Of a stretch of 64,000 nt of DNA, positions 37,163-49,573 are shown in pieces. Position numbers and translations under genes: made by a program. Every line of letters starts with the position of its first letter. The first letter of the stretch is position 1. The stretch covers positions 19,746-83,745 of the forward strand of contig DAHUZZ010000008.1 in NCBI GenBank assembly GCA_027314915.1, in the 5' to 3' direction. The notes beneath the pieces were generated by a model, which worked only from the letters and a program-made list of their open reading frames with translations, searched no databases and was not told the DNA's origin. The DNA is from Thermoplasmata archaeon. GTDB lineage: Archaea > Thermoplasmatota > Thermoplasmata > Lutacidiplasmatales > UBA184.

Positions 37163-38608
37163 ATGTCCGGAAGCGCTTCCCACTCCGGCGCGCACGCCGC
37201 CGCCCGATCGACCGCCCCGCCCCCGCGCGCCCCGCACCCGCCCGATACCGGCCATGGCGGCCGACGGGTCTACATGGTCACCGGCGGCGTCACGAAGTTC
37301 GCGAAGGCCCACCCCGCGATGGACTTCCGGCTCATGGTGAAGCGCGCCTACGATCAGGCGCTCCGGGAGGTCCCGAACCTCACCAAGGAGATGGTCGACG
37401 GGACCCGGGTCTCCTACTTCTCCGACCACTTCTCCCGCCAGCTCAAGGCCGCCAGCATGGTCCAGGACTACCTCGGGATGAATCCCAAGGGCTCGGTCCG
37501 GATCGAGTGGGGCGGGGCGACGGGCGGCGAGTGCTTCCAGGCGGCCTACGAGGCGGTCGCGAGCGGCCGGATGGACGTCTGCGTCGCGGCCGGCTACGAG
37601 ACGATGAGCCGGGTCGCCACGTGGAAGGGCAACGAGTTCATCGCCCTCGCCTCCGACACGAATTTCGACTTCCCCCTCGGCGGCTTCTACACCGGCTACT
37701 ACGCCCTCATGGTGGTCCGCCACATCTACGAGTACCTCCGGCTCCGCAAGTTCGGGCACATCAAGGACGAGCGCGAGGCGCAGCGGCTGGCCATCGAGGA
37801 GGGGTGCCGGATCATGAGCTGGGTCTCGGTGAAGAACCACCTGAACGCGCTCCACAACCCCTACGCGCAGTACCCGAAGCGGCTCAGCGTCCAGGACGTG
37901 CTCCACTCCGAGATGATCTCCTATCCGCTCACGCGCGAGCAGATCTGCACCATGAGCGACGGCGCGGCGGTCGCCATCCTCTGCAGCGAGGAGCGGGCCA
38001 AGGAGCTCACCGACAAGCCCGTCCTGGTCAAGGGGGTGGGCTGCGGCACCGACACGATGCGGCTCGCCGACCGGCCGTTCGGCCGGGTGCCCCTGATGCC
38101 CCACGAGAAGGCCTCCGACTACGAGGCCCTCCCCTACCCCGGCGTGCACTCCTTCCGCGCCGGTCGCGCCGCCGGCCTCGAGGCGTACCGGCACGCGGGG
38201 ATCACCAACCCGAACAAGGAGCTCGACTTCATCGAGCTCCACGACGCCTACGCCTCGAGCGAGATCCAGACCTACGAGGACCTGGGGCTGTGCAAGTACG
38301 GCGAGGGGTACGACTTCGTGCTCGCCGGTGACCCCTTCATGAAGCAGGTGAAGTACCCGGTCGAGGTCCCGAACGCGGGGGCCATCCCGGTGAACCCCTC
38401 GGGCGGCCTCATCGCCTGCGGCCATCCCGTCGGCGCGACCGGTCTCATGCAGGGCGTCTTCGCCTTCTGGCAGCTGCAGGGCACGATCGCCGAGCACTTC
38501 GGCGATCCGACGCTCCAGATCCCCCGGGCGCGGCGGGGCGCGATCCACAGCCACGCCGGGACCGGCTCCTCGGTGACCGTCTCCATCCTGGAGCGGGGGT
38601 TCGCCTGA
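37163..38608 (+). CDS. Thiolase-fold protein lacking the nucleophilic Cys (SCP2/Ltp2-like)
   Basis: IEWGGATGG in place of ExACASG; SDGAA, HDAY, GHPVGATG. Confidence 0.85.
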   Translation: MSGSASHSGAHAAARSTAPPPRAPHPPDTGHGGRRVYMVTGGVTKFAKAHPAMDFRLMVKRAYDQALREVPNLTKEMVDGTRVSYFSDHFSRQLKAASMVQDYLGMNPKGSVRIEWGGATGGECFQAAYEAVASGRMDVCVAAGYETMSRVATWKGNEFIALASDTNFDFPLGGFYTGYYALMVVRHIYEYLRLRKFGHIKDEREAQRLAIEEGCRIMSWVSVKNHLNALHNPYAQYPKRLSVQDVLHSEMISYPLTREQICTMSDGAAVAILCSEERAKELTDKPVLVKGVGCGTDTMRLADRPFGRVPLMPHEKASDYEALPYPGVHSFRAGRAAGLEAYRHAGITNPNKELDFIELHDAYASSEIQTYEDLGLCKYGEGYDFVLAGDPFMKQVKYPVEVPNAGAIPVNPSGGLIACGHPVGATGLMQGVFAFWQLQGTIAEHFGDPTLQIPRARRGAIHSHAGTGSSVTVSILERGFA

Positions 38609-39159
38609 TGTCGCCCCCGAAGAAGCTCTCGAGCTTCCGCGACGTCCAGGCGGAGATCGATCGCTCGGGCTCGGCGATCTTCCGGGACAAGAACGGGTTC
38701 GAGGCGCTGATCATCAAGAGCCCCTACTCGATCAACTACATCCACAGCTACGCCGAGGACACGCCGTTCTTCCTCGGGCTGGCCGAGGGCAAGCTGTTCG
38801 GCTCGAAGTGCACCGAGTGCGGGTACGTCTACGCCACCCCCCGCGGCCACTGCATGGTGGAGGGCGCGGCCACGGAGTGGCACCGGCTCCCGGACCACGG
38901 ACGGCTCCACTCGTGGACGACCTGCCGGTTCGGCAGCGAGGCGTTCCTCCAGGAGACGCCCTACAACTTGGGGCTCGTGGAGTTCGAGGGGGCGAACAGC
39001 CTCCTCCTGGTCCGGGTCAAGGACGCCCAGGAGCCCGAGCTCTACGTGGGGATGCCGGTGGAGGCCCGGTTCGACCCGAACCCGAAGTACTCGATCACCG
39101 ACGTCTGGTTCGTCCCGTCGAGGTCGAACGCCCCGGGCCCGAAGGCGGCCCCGGGGTAG
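38608..39159 (+). CDS. DUF35 Zn-ribbon/OB-fold protein
   Basis: FFLGLAEGKLFGSKCTECG...PRGHC; TGATG coupling to the upstream thiolase-like gene. Confidence 0.85.
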   Translation: MSPPKKLSSFRDVQAEIDRSGSAIFRDKNGFEALIIKSPYSINYIHSYAEDTPFFLGLAEGKLFGSKCTECGYVYATPRGHCMVEGAATEWHRLPDHGRLHSWTTCRFGSEAFLQETPYNLGLVEFEGANSLLLVRVKDAQEPELYVGMPVEARFDPNPKYSITDVWFVPSRSNAPGPKAAPG

Positions 39160-39210
39160 CGCGATCCGGACGGACCCCGCTCCCGGGCGCTACCCGGGGG
39201 CGGGCGGGAG

Positions 39211-39283
39211 TGCCGCGGGCCGGACTTGAACCGGCGGCTTCAAGATCTTCAGTCTTGCACTCTCCCAACTGAGTTACCGCGGC
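39211..39283 (-). tRNA. tRNA-Phe (GAA), no intron, CCA not encoded
   Basis: GCCGCGG acceptor stem, anticodon arm CAAGA-CTGAAGA-TCTTG, T-loop TTCAAGT; TATATA at 39317-39322. Confidence 0.97.
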
Positions 39284-39378
39284 ACGGGGCCGAACCGGCG
39301 GAGGCACGTACTCCGGTATATAGGTGGTGCGCGAACGCCGAACGGCCGGCCGGGCCGAGCGGGCCCGGCTCCGCCCCG

Positions 39379-41406
39379 TCACTCCCCCCGGGGGGCGTCG
39401 GAGGCCCCCGGACCTTCGGGCCGGGGCGCGGGAGGGAGCATCCGTGACCAGGGCCAGTTCGCCTCGGTCGGGAGGTGGGCGCGACGCAGGAGCGCCACGA
39501 ACCGCGGATCGTCCCGGAGCGGATTCAGGGCCACCTGGGCGTAGTAGCCCACGAGCGAATAGTCGCCGGAGTCGAAGTCCTTCTCGATGCGGGCGAGCGC
39601 CCGATCCTTCTCGCCGACCAGCGCCAGCAGCGCGACGAGGAACCGGGCCGGCACGTACTCCGTCCGGGACCGCTCGGAGAGCTCCTCGGCCAGGTCCCGG
39701 GCCGGTGCCGGGCGGCCGTCGAAGGCCTCGAGGAGCGCCCAGGAGAACCGGTCGAGGAGGGAGGTGGAGTCCTTCATCGCGGACACGAGCTCGAGCGCCT
39801 TCGGCCGCTCCCCCCGGAGGACGTGGAGCCAGGCCAGGTTCCAGCGGGCCACGAGCGGCCAGCCCAGCCGCTCGCCCATCGCGGTCCAGGCCCGGATGGC
39901 CCCGTCGAGGTCCCCCCGGTGGATGGGGGCGCTCACCACCGCGAGCTCGAGGGCCAGCAGGAGCGGGTTCTGCTCGAGCCCGAGCCGCATCTGGACCTCC
40001 GACTCGGGGAAGCGCTGCGTGATCTCGAGCAGCGATCCGTACCAGAAGTGGGCCGTCCAGCTGCTCGGGTTGAGCGCGAGGGCCCGCTGGAACTCCTCCT
40101 CCGCGCGCGCCCAGTCGAGGTCGGCCTGCATGGCGAGGTTCCCCCGCGCCACATGCGCCTCGGAGGAGTCGGGGTCGAGCTCGAGCGCCCGATCGAGGAG
40201 GGCCCGCGCCCGCGGGAACACCTCGGCGCTCGGGAGCGCCTCGCCGGCGAGCGCCATGAGCACGTTCGCGAGGTAGGCGCGGGCGAGCGCGAAGTCGGGG
40301 TCCGCCCGGATCGCCTCCTCGAACCATCGGATGGCCTCGCGGGCGCGCGCGGGATCCAGGCCGTCGATCCACGCCCCGAACTCCCGGATGCCGTGGAGGT
40401 AGGCGTCGTAGGCCGGCACGCTCTCGGTGGGCCGCTCGAGGAGGGCGACCCGCTCCGCCTCCCCCAGCTGGAGCTGGAGCGCCGCCGCGGTGCGCTCCGC
40501 CACCTCCGCCTGGATCGCGAAGACGTCCTCGAGGTTCCGGTTGTAGCTCTCGGACCAGGTGTGCTCCTGGCTCGCGACATCGATGAGCTGGAGGGTGATC
40601 CGGATCCGCGAGCCCGACTTCCGCACGCTGCCCTCGAGGAGGCTGGTGGCCCCGAGCTCGGCGCCGATCTGGGAGACCGGCTTCACCGTGCCCTTGTACT
40701 GGTTCACCGAGGTCCGGGCCAGGACCCGGAGCCCCCGGAGCTGGGAGAGCGTGGAGATGAGCTCCTCGGTCAGCCCGTCGGCGAAGTACTCGTCGCGCGG
40801 GTCCGGGCTGATGTTCGCGAGCGGCAGCACGGCGATCCGCGGCGGCCCGGCGCGGGCCGGGGCCGACCTCGGCGCGGCCGTCTCGGCGGGCTCCCCCCAC
40901 CCGACCCGGTAGATCTCGACGGGGGTGTCCACCCCCTTGAGGGCGCGCGGCCCGAGCCGCTGCCAGGTGACGGGGACCTTGTTCCGCACCTGTTCGTGGA
41001 CCTGCGCGGAGCAGCAGATCCCTCCCGCGTCGGCGAGGGGCTCGATCCGGGAGGCGATGTTGACCGCGTCCCCCAGGATGTCGCTTCCGCGCTCCTCCAC
41101 GTCGCCCAGGTGGATGCCGATGCGCAGCCGGAGCGGCCGGTCCGCCTCGCGAAGGTTCCGCGCGCGCACCGAACGCTGCAGCTCGACCGCGCCCTCGACC
41201 GCATCGCGCGCGTTCGGGAATTCGAGGAGGAGGCCGTCGCCCATGGACTTGATGAGACGGCCCCCGCGCGTCGCGAGGACCGCGTCGACGAGGCCGCGCT
41301 GCTCCTCGAGCAGGGCGAGCGCCCCCCGCTCGTCGCGCTGCGTGAGCGAGGTGAATCCCTCGAGGTCCGTGAAGACGATGGCAGCGAGCCGTCGGCCCGA
41401 GGACAC
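39379..41406 (-). CDS. Class III adenylate/guanylate cyclase with TolB-like and TPR domains
   Basis: FTDLEGFT, KSMGDG, RIGIHLGDV, DILGDAVNIASRIE; IAVLPLANIS...YFADGLTEELI; TPR repeats. Confidence 0.9.
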   Translation of the reverse strand: MSSGRRLAAIVFTDLEGFTSLTQRDERGALALLEEQRGLVDAVLATRGGRLIKSMGDGLLLEFPNARDAVEGAVELQRSVRARNLREADRPLRLRIGIHLGDVEERGSDILGDAVNIASRIEPLADAGGICCSAQVHEQVRNKVPVTWQRLGPRALKGVDTPVEIYRVGWGEPAETAAPRSAPARAGPPRIAVLPLANISPDPRDEYFADGLTEELISTLSQLRGLRVLARTSVNQYKGTVKPVSQIGAELGATSLLEGSVRKSGSRIRITLQLIDVASQEHTWSESYNRNLEDVFAIQAEVAERTAAALQLQLGEAERVALLERPTESVPAYDAYLHGIREFGAWIDGLDPARAREAIRWFEEAIRADPDFALARAYLANVLMALAGEALPSAEVFPRARALLDRALELDPDSSEAHVARGNLAMQADLDWARAEEEFQRALALNPSSWTAHFWYGSLLEITQRFPESEVQMRLGLEQNPLLLALELAVVSAPIHRGDLDGAIRAWTAMGERLGWPLVARWNLAWLHVLRGERPKALELVSAMKDSTSLLDRFSWALLEAFDGRPAPARDLAEELSERSRTEYVPARFLVALLALVGEKDRALARIEKDFDSGDYSLVGYYAQVALNPLRDDPRFVALLRRAHLPTEANWPWSRMLPPAPRPEGPGASDAPRGE

Positions 41407-41608
41407 GGCCCGGGGACCGGGTCCGATGATTTAACCCGTCGTCCGCGGGCGATCGGCCGGGCCGCCCCCGGGAGCCCGTCCGGGCCGGACGCGCCGGGGA
41501 CCGTCGGCCGAACGCGCGCGCACGGGTTCGAAAGGGTCCCGGCGTGCGCCCCGTCCGTCGGGGTTATCTAGCCCGCGGGGCCTTGAAATCGCCCCAGGGC
41601 CCGAAACC

Positions 41609-44179
41609 ATGCACACCCTCGTCGTCACCGAGAAGTTCAGCACGGCGCTCCGGATCTCGATCGTGCTGTCCGACGGACGGATGAAGCGGAGCCGCGTGAG
41701 CGGCGTCAACCTCTTCGAGTTCGAGCGGCCCGACGGGCCGTACGCGGTCGTCGGGCTCCGCGGCCACATCGTCGAGCTGGACTACCCGGAGGAGCACGCG
41801 AGCTGGAGCCTCGCCGGGCTCAAGGCCCTCCTCGAGGCGGAGCCGCTCAAGCGCGTCACCGAACCGCACATCGTCGAGGTCCTGGAGTCGATGGTCCGCC
41901 GGTTCGACCGGCTGATCCTCGCGACCGACTTCGACCGGGAGGGCGAGCTCATCGGCATGGAGTGCCTCGAGCTGCTGCAGAAGGTCCACCCCGGGATCGA
42001 GGTGAAGCGCGCCCGGTACAGCGCGCTCACCCGGGAGGAGATCGAGCGGAGCTTCCATGAGCTCCACGAGCTCGACCGGGCCCTCGCGGAGGCGGCCGCC
42101 GCCCGGCAGGAGATCGATCTGGTCTGGGGCGCCCTCCTCACCCGGTACCTGACGCTCAGCTCCGAGCAGCGGGGTCACGGCTTCCTCTCGGTCGGGCGGG
42201 TCCAGACCCCCACGCTCGCGCTGCTCGTCGAGCGGGACCAGGAGATCAAGGGGTTCGAGCCCAAGCCGTACTGGACGCTGCTGGCCGACAGCCGGCACGC
42301 CGAGCTCCCGTTCACCCTCGCGCACGCGCACGGGATCTTCCCCGAGGAGGAACGGGAGCTCGCCCGGTCCACCTTCGCCCGGGTCGAGCACGCCCGGGAG
42401 GGCACGGTCCGGTCGTTCGTCGAGGAGGAGACCCGCCGGCGCCCGCCCATCCCGTTCAGCACGACCCTCTTCGTGTCCGAGGCGACCCGGCTCGGGATCG
42501 GCGCGGCCCACGCGATGCGGATCGCGGAGGACCTCTACACCCAGGGGCTCATCAGCTACCCCCGGACGGACAACACCGTCTACCCCCGCGGCGCCGGCCT
42601 CAAGGGGATCGTGGAGAAGCTCCGGGAGAGCCCCTTCCGCAAGGAGGCCGAGTACATCCTCGCCCAGCCGACCTTCCGGGCGACCCGGGGCCGGTCGGAG
42701 ACCACCGACCACCCGCCGATCTACCCGACGGCGGTCACCGATCCCAAGCGGCTCAAGCCGGAGCACGGCAAGATCTACGAGCTCGTGGTCCGTCGGTTCC
42801 TCGCGACCGTCGCGCCGGACTCGGTCGGGCGGAGCCGGACGGTCGAGGTCGAGATCACCGGGGAGACGTTCGGGGGCAAGGGGCACGAGGTGCTCGACCC
42901 CGGCTGGTACCAGGTGTATCCCTACTCGCACCCCGAGGAGTCGGCGATGCCCCCCCTCACCGTCGGACAGAGCCTCCCCGTCGAGAACGTCCGGCTCGTC
43001 GAGGAGCAGACCCGCCCGCCGCGCCGGTTCACGCAGGGCACGCTCATCCAGGAGATGGAGCGGCTGGGCCTCGGCACCAAGTCCACCCGCCACGACGTCG
43101 TCCAGAAGCTCCTCGACCGGCACTACGTCACGGCGCGCCAGCTCGAGCCCACCGGGACCGGGATCGCGGTGACCGAGGCGCTGCGCGCCCATGCTCCGGT
43201 GATCACCCAGCCGGAGATGACCCACCGGCTCGAGGAGGACATGGAGAAGGTGGCCGAGTCCTCGAAGCGCCGGGAGGAGGTCGTGGAGGAGTCGCGCGAG
43301 ATGCTGCGCGAGGCCTACGAGCTCCTCGCGAAGAACGCGACCGGCGTGCGCGAGACGCTCCAGGGGGCGCTCGACCGCCAGCACTTCGTCGGGCCCTGTC
43401 CGAAGTGCGGGGGCGCGCTCCGGCTCCAGAGGAGCCCCCGGGGCAGCCGCTGGGTCCAGTGCGTGAACAACCCCGGCAGCTGCACCGTGAGCTACAGCCT
43501 CTTCGCCGCCGGCTTCGTCGAGCCGGCGCCGGAGTTCCTGTGCGCCACCTGCCGGACCCCCCGGCTCAAGATCACCTTCCGGGGCCAGCGGCCGGAGCTG
43601 TTCTGCATCAACCCCGAGTGCGAGGAGCACCAGCGCGCCTTCCGGATCGGCACCTGCCCGAGCTGCGGCAAGCCGCTCGGGATCCGCTACTCCTTCCTGG
43701 GCAAGCGGTTCGTCGGGTGCACCGGCTACCCCGAGTGCCGGGTCACCTACCCGCTCCCCCAGCGCGGCCGGCTCGACAAGGACCAGCCCGCCTGCTCGAT
43801 CTGCCACGCACCCGTCGTGACGGCGATCGAGGCCGGCCGACCGCCCTGGACGCTCTGCATCAACCCGGCCTGCCCCTCCCGGGCCAAGGCCGCCCCGAAG
43901 GCCACGAAGGCCCGGAAGGCGAAGGGCGCCCCGGGCGCCAAGGGTCCCCCGGCGGCCAAGGCCGGATCGACGACCCGATCGGCCCGGAAGCGGAGCGCCG
44001 CCCCGGCGCCCGCTCCGGAGGGGTCTTCCCCGCCCACCCGCGGGGACGCGCCCACCCCCGTCCCCGCTGCGACGGGAGCCGCGGCACCGCGCCGCCGGCG
44101 GGCCCGGCGCCCCGCCGCGGAGCCGGCCGCCGAGGGCGCTCCCCCGAACGGCGCCTCGCCCGCCTCGCCGGCGCCCTAG
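41609..44179 (+). CDS. topA: DNA topoisomerase I (type IA)
   Basis: TOPRIM ATDFDREGE, GRVQTP, ISYPRTD active Tyr, GLGTKSTR; four Zn ribbons and a basic tail. Confidence 0.95.
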   Translation: MHTLVVTEKFSTALRISIVLSDGRMKRSRVSGVNLFEFERPDGPYAVVGLRGHIVELDYPEEHASWSLAGLKALLEAEPLKRVTEPHIVEVLESMVRRFDRLILATDFDREGELIGMECLELLQKVHPGIEVKRARYSALTREEIERSFHELHELDRALAEAAAARQEIDLVWGALLTRYLTLSSEQRGHGFLSVGRVQTPTLALLVERDQEIKGFEPKPYWTLLADSRHAELPFTLAHAHGIFPEEERELARSTFARVEHAREGTVRSFVEEETRRRPPIPFSTTLFVSEATRLGIGAAHAMRIAEDLYTQGLISYPRTDNTVYPRGAGLKGIVEKLRESPFRKEAEYILAQPTFRATRGRSETTDHPPIYPTAVTDPKRLKPEHGKIYELVVRRFLATVAPDSVGRSRTVEVEITGETFGGKGHEVLDPGWYQVYPYSHPEESAMPPLTVGQSLPVENVRLVEEQTRPPRRFTQGTLIQEMERLGLGTKSTRHDVVQKLLDRHYVTARQLEPTGTGIAVTEALRAHAPVITQPEMTHRLEEDMEKVAESSKRREEVVEESREMLREAYELLAKNATGVRETLQGALDRQHFVGPCPKCGGALRLQRSPRGSRWVQCVNNPGSCTVSYSLFAAGFVEPAPEFLCATCRTPRLKITFRGQRPELFCINPECEEHQRAFRIGTCPSCGKPLGIRYSFLGKRFVGCTGYPECRVTYPLPQRGRLDKDQPACSICHAPVVTAIEAGRPPWTLCINPACPSRAKAAPKATKARKAKGAPGAKGPPAAKAGSTTRSARKRSAAPAPAPEGSSPPTRGDAPTPVPAATGAAAPRRRRARRPAAEPAAEGAPPNGASPASPAP

Positions 44180-44256
44180 GTCGGGGAACGCCCTCCCCCG
44201 CGGCCGTTTCGCGCCGACCGGCCCCGCGTTAAATACGGCGTTCCGGTCCGAGCGTC

Positions 44257-44982
44257 GTGGAGCGGCGGAGCCACCGGATCCTCGAGATGGACTCCCGCAC
44301 CCTCGAGCGGCGGCTCGCGGAGGATCCCCTGGTCATCGTGCCCGTCGGGGCGCTCGAGGCGCACGGTCCCCACCTTCCGCTCGGCGCCGACCAGCTGCAG
44401 GCGGAGGCCACCGCGGTCGCGCTCGCGGAGCGCGTGGACGCCCTCGTGGCGCCCACGCTCCCCTTCGGCGTCTGCGACGGGGCCCGGAAGTTCCCCGGCA
44501 CCGTCTCCCTCTCCATGGGCGCGCTCGCGACGATGACCGAGGAGGTGATCGCCGAGCTCGCCCGGATGGGCGCGCGCCGGATCCTCGTCCTCTCCGGCCA
44601 TGCGGCCGCGCGGCACATGGCGGCGCTGCGGGAGGGCGCCGAGGCGGCGCAGCGGAACCGGCCCGGTCTGGAGCTCCTCGTGCTCTCCGACTACGACTTC
44701 GTCTACGAGCTCCGGGGGAAGGAGTCGCCGCCGTCGGACGGCCACGGCGGGCTCCTCGAGACCTCGCGGCTGCTCGCGCTCGCCCCCGAGCTCATCGGTC
44801 CGGAGCGGCCCCAGGTCGTGGACCGTCGCCCCCCGTTCCGGATCGGCGACCCCACCGAGCCCGAGTGGCCGGAGAGCGTCGTCGGGGACACCCGCCCGGC
44901 GAGCCCCGAGCTTGGGCGCCGGCTCCAGCAGCATGTCCTCGACCGGCTCGAGGCCACCGTCCGCGCGGGGTACTCCGGGTAG
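44257..44982 (+). CDS. Creatininase-family amidohydrolase
   Basis: [33 protein letters not shown]. Confidence 0.88.
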   Translation: MERRSHRILEMDSRTLERRLAEDPLVIVPVGALEAHGPHLPLGADQLQAEATAVALAERVDALVAPTLPFGVCDGARKFPGTVSLSMGALATMTEEVIAELARMGARRILVLSGHAAARHMAALREGAEAAQRNRPGLELLVLSDYDFVYELRGKESPPSDGHGGLLETSRLLALAPELIGPERPQVVDRRPPFRIGDPTEPEWPESVVGDTRPASPELGRRLQQHVLDRLEATVRAGYSG

Positions 44983-44996
44983 CGAAGAGACCGAAG

Positions 44997-47842
<2,846 letters not shown>

Positions 47843-47846
<4 letters not shown>

Positions 47847-49567
47847 AGGCGCCCGAGGGGGAGCTGCCCGGGTTCCTCCCGGCGAGCCGTCTCCAGGCCC
47901 TCACCGGCGCGCCCATGGGCGGGGGCCCCTCGAGCACCGGCGTCTACCTCTTCCGGAGCTCCGACGGCACCGTCCAGTACGTCGGCAAGGCGCGGCATCT
48001 GAGGCGCCGGGTCCTCGACCACCTCAAGATCCGGGTGGAGAAGGACGGCTCGATCGTGGCGGCGAGCTCCTCCGTCGAGTTCGTCCCGACCGTCTCGGAG
48101 CGCGAGGCGCTCCTGTTGGAAGCGAACCTGATCAAGCAGTACCAGCCCCCGTACAACGCGCTGCTCAAGGACGACCGCTCCTTCCCGTTCCTCGCCGTCA
48201 CCCTGGGCGAGGAGTGGCCCCGGATCCTCTTCGTGAGGCGGCCCCGGCGGGGCCGCAAGCAGGTGCTCTTCGGGCCGTACACGAGCGCGCGCGAGGCCCG
48301 GATGGTCGCGAAGCTGCTCGCCGAGACGTTCCGGATCCGGCGGTGCACGACGCTGCCGCCGCGGGCCTGCCTGTACTACCACCTGAAGACCTGCAGCGCG
48401 CCGTGCATCGGGGCGGTCGCGCACGAGGACTACGAGCGCGACGTGCGGCGGGCGATCGAGGTGCTCCGCGGCGACACGAGCTCCGTCCGTCCCGCGCTCG
48501 AGTCCGAGATGGCGCGGGCCGCGCGCGAGGAGGAGTTCGAGCGGGCGAGCGTGCTGCGCGACGCGCTCCGGGGGCTCGAAGCGCTCACCGAGCGGCAGCA
48601 CGTGGTGGGCCCCGGCGCCTCCGTCGTGGACGTCCTCGCGCTCGTCTACCCGCGCGATCCCTCGGTGCTGCGCGTCGCCGCCGGCGTGCTCCGCGTCGTG
48701 GACGGCGAGGTCCGGGGCACCGAGCCGCACCTGCTCGGGGTCCCCGCGGCGGATTCCCCCGAGGCGGGCGAGCTGCTCCGCCAGTTCGTGATCCAGTACT
48801 ACGGGGCCCGTCCGGAGCTGCCCCAGCGGCTCGTCATCGCCGGTCCCCGGCCCGCCGGCGCCGAGGAGGCGCTCACCTGGCTCGAGTCGGAGAAGGGCGT
48901 CAAGGTCCGGTTCCGCCCGTCGGGACGGTACGCGGCGCTCGGCCGGCTCGCCGAGCGGCTCGCCCGGGCCCACCTGGACGCGAACGCGCCGGGCGCCCCG
49001 CCCCGGGAGGTGCTCGTCGCGCTGCAGTCGCTGCTCCGGCTGCCCACGCTGCCCCGCCGGATCGAGGGGGTCGACATCTCGATCTTCCAGGGCTACGAGG
49101 GGGTCGGCTCGCTCGTCGTCTTCGAGGGCGGCCGCCCGAAGAAGGAGGAGTACCGGCGGTTCCGCATCCGCGGGGTGGAGGGGACCAACGACTTCGCCAT
49201 GATCGAGGAGGTGGTCGAGCGGCGGTACCGTCGCCGCCTGGCGGAGGAGGAGATCCTGCCCGACCTCCTCCTGGTCGACGGCGGCGCGGGCCAGCTGAGC
49301 TCCGCCGAGCGGGCGCTCGAGCGGCTCCACCTCGCCGACCGGATCCCGGCGGTGGGGATCGCGAAGCAGGACGAGGAGCTCTACCTTCCCGACCGTTCCG
49401 AGCCGCTCGCCCCGAACCCCAACTCCGCGCCGATGCTGCTCTTGCGGGCGGTGCGGGACGAGTCGCACCGGTTCGCCGTCGGATACCACCGGAAGCGACG
49501 TTCGATGCGGCTCCGGGACGAGGTGGCCCGGGCGGCGGGCGAGCCCCGGGTGCGGGGCGCGAGCTGA
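47843..49567 (+). CDS. uvrC: Excinuclease ABC subunit C (no C-terminal HhH)
   Basis: GIY-YIG (GVYLF...YVGKA), UVR domain, RIEGVDIS, LLVDGG, RDESHRFA; ATGA overlap with uvrA. Confidence 0.92.
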
Positions 49568-49573
49568 CCGCCG

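Noticed and set aside
39211-39283. Integration site (att) at tRNA-Phe
   Set aside because: No duplicated tRNA 3' end or integrase was found in the window.
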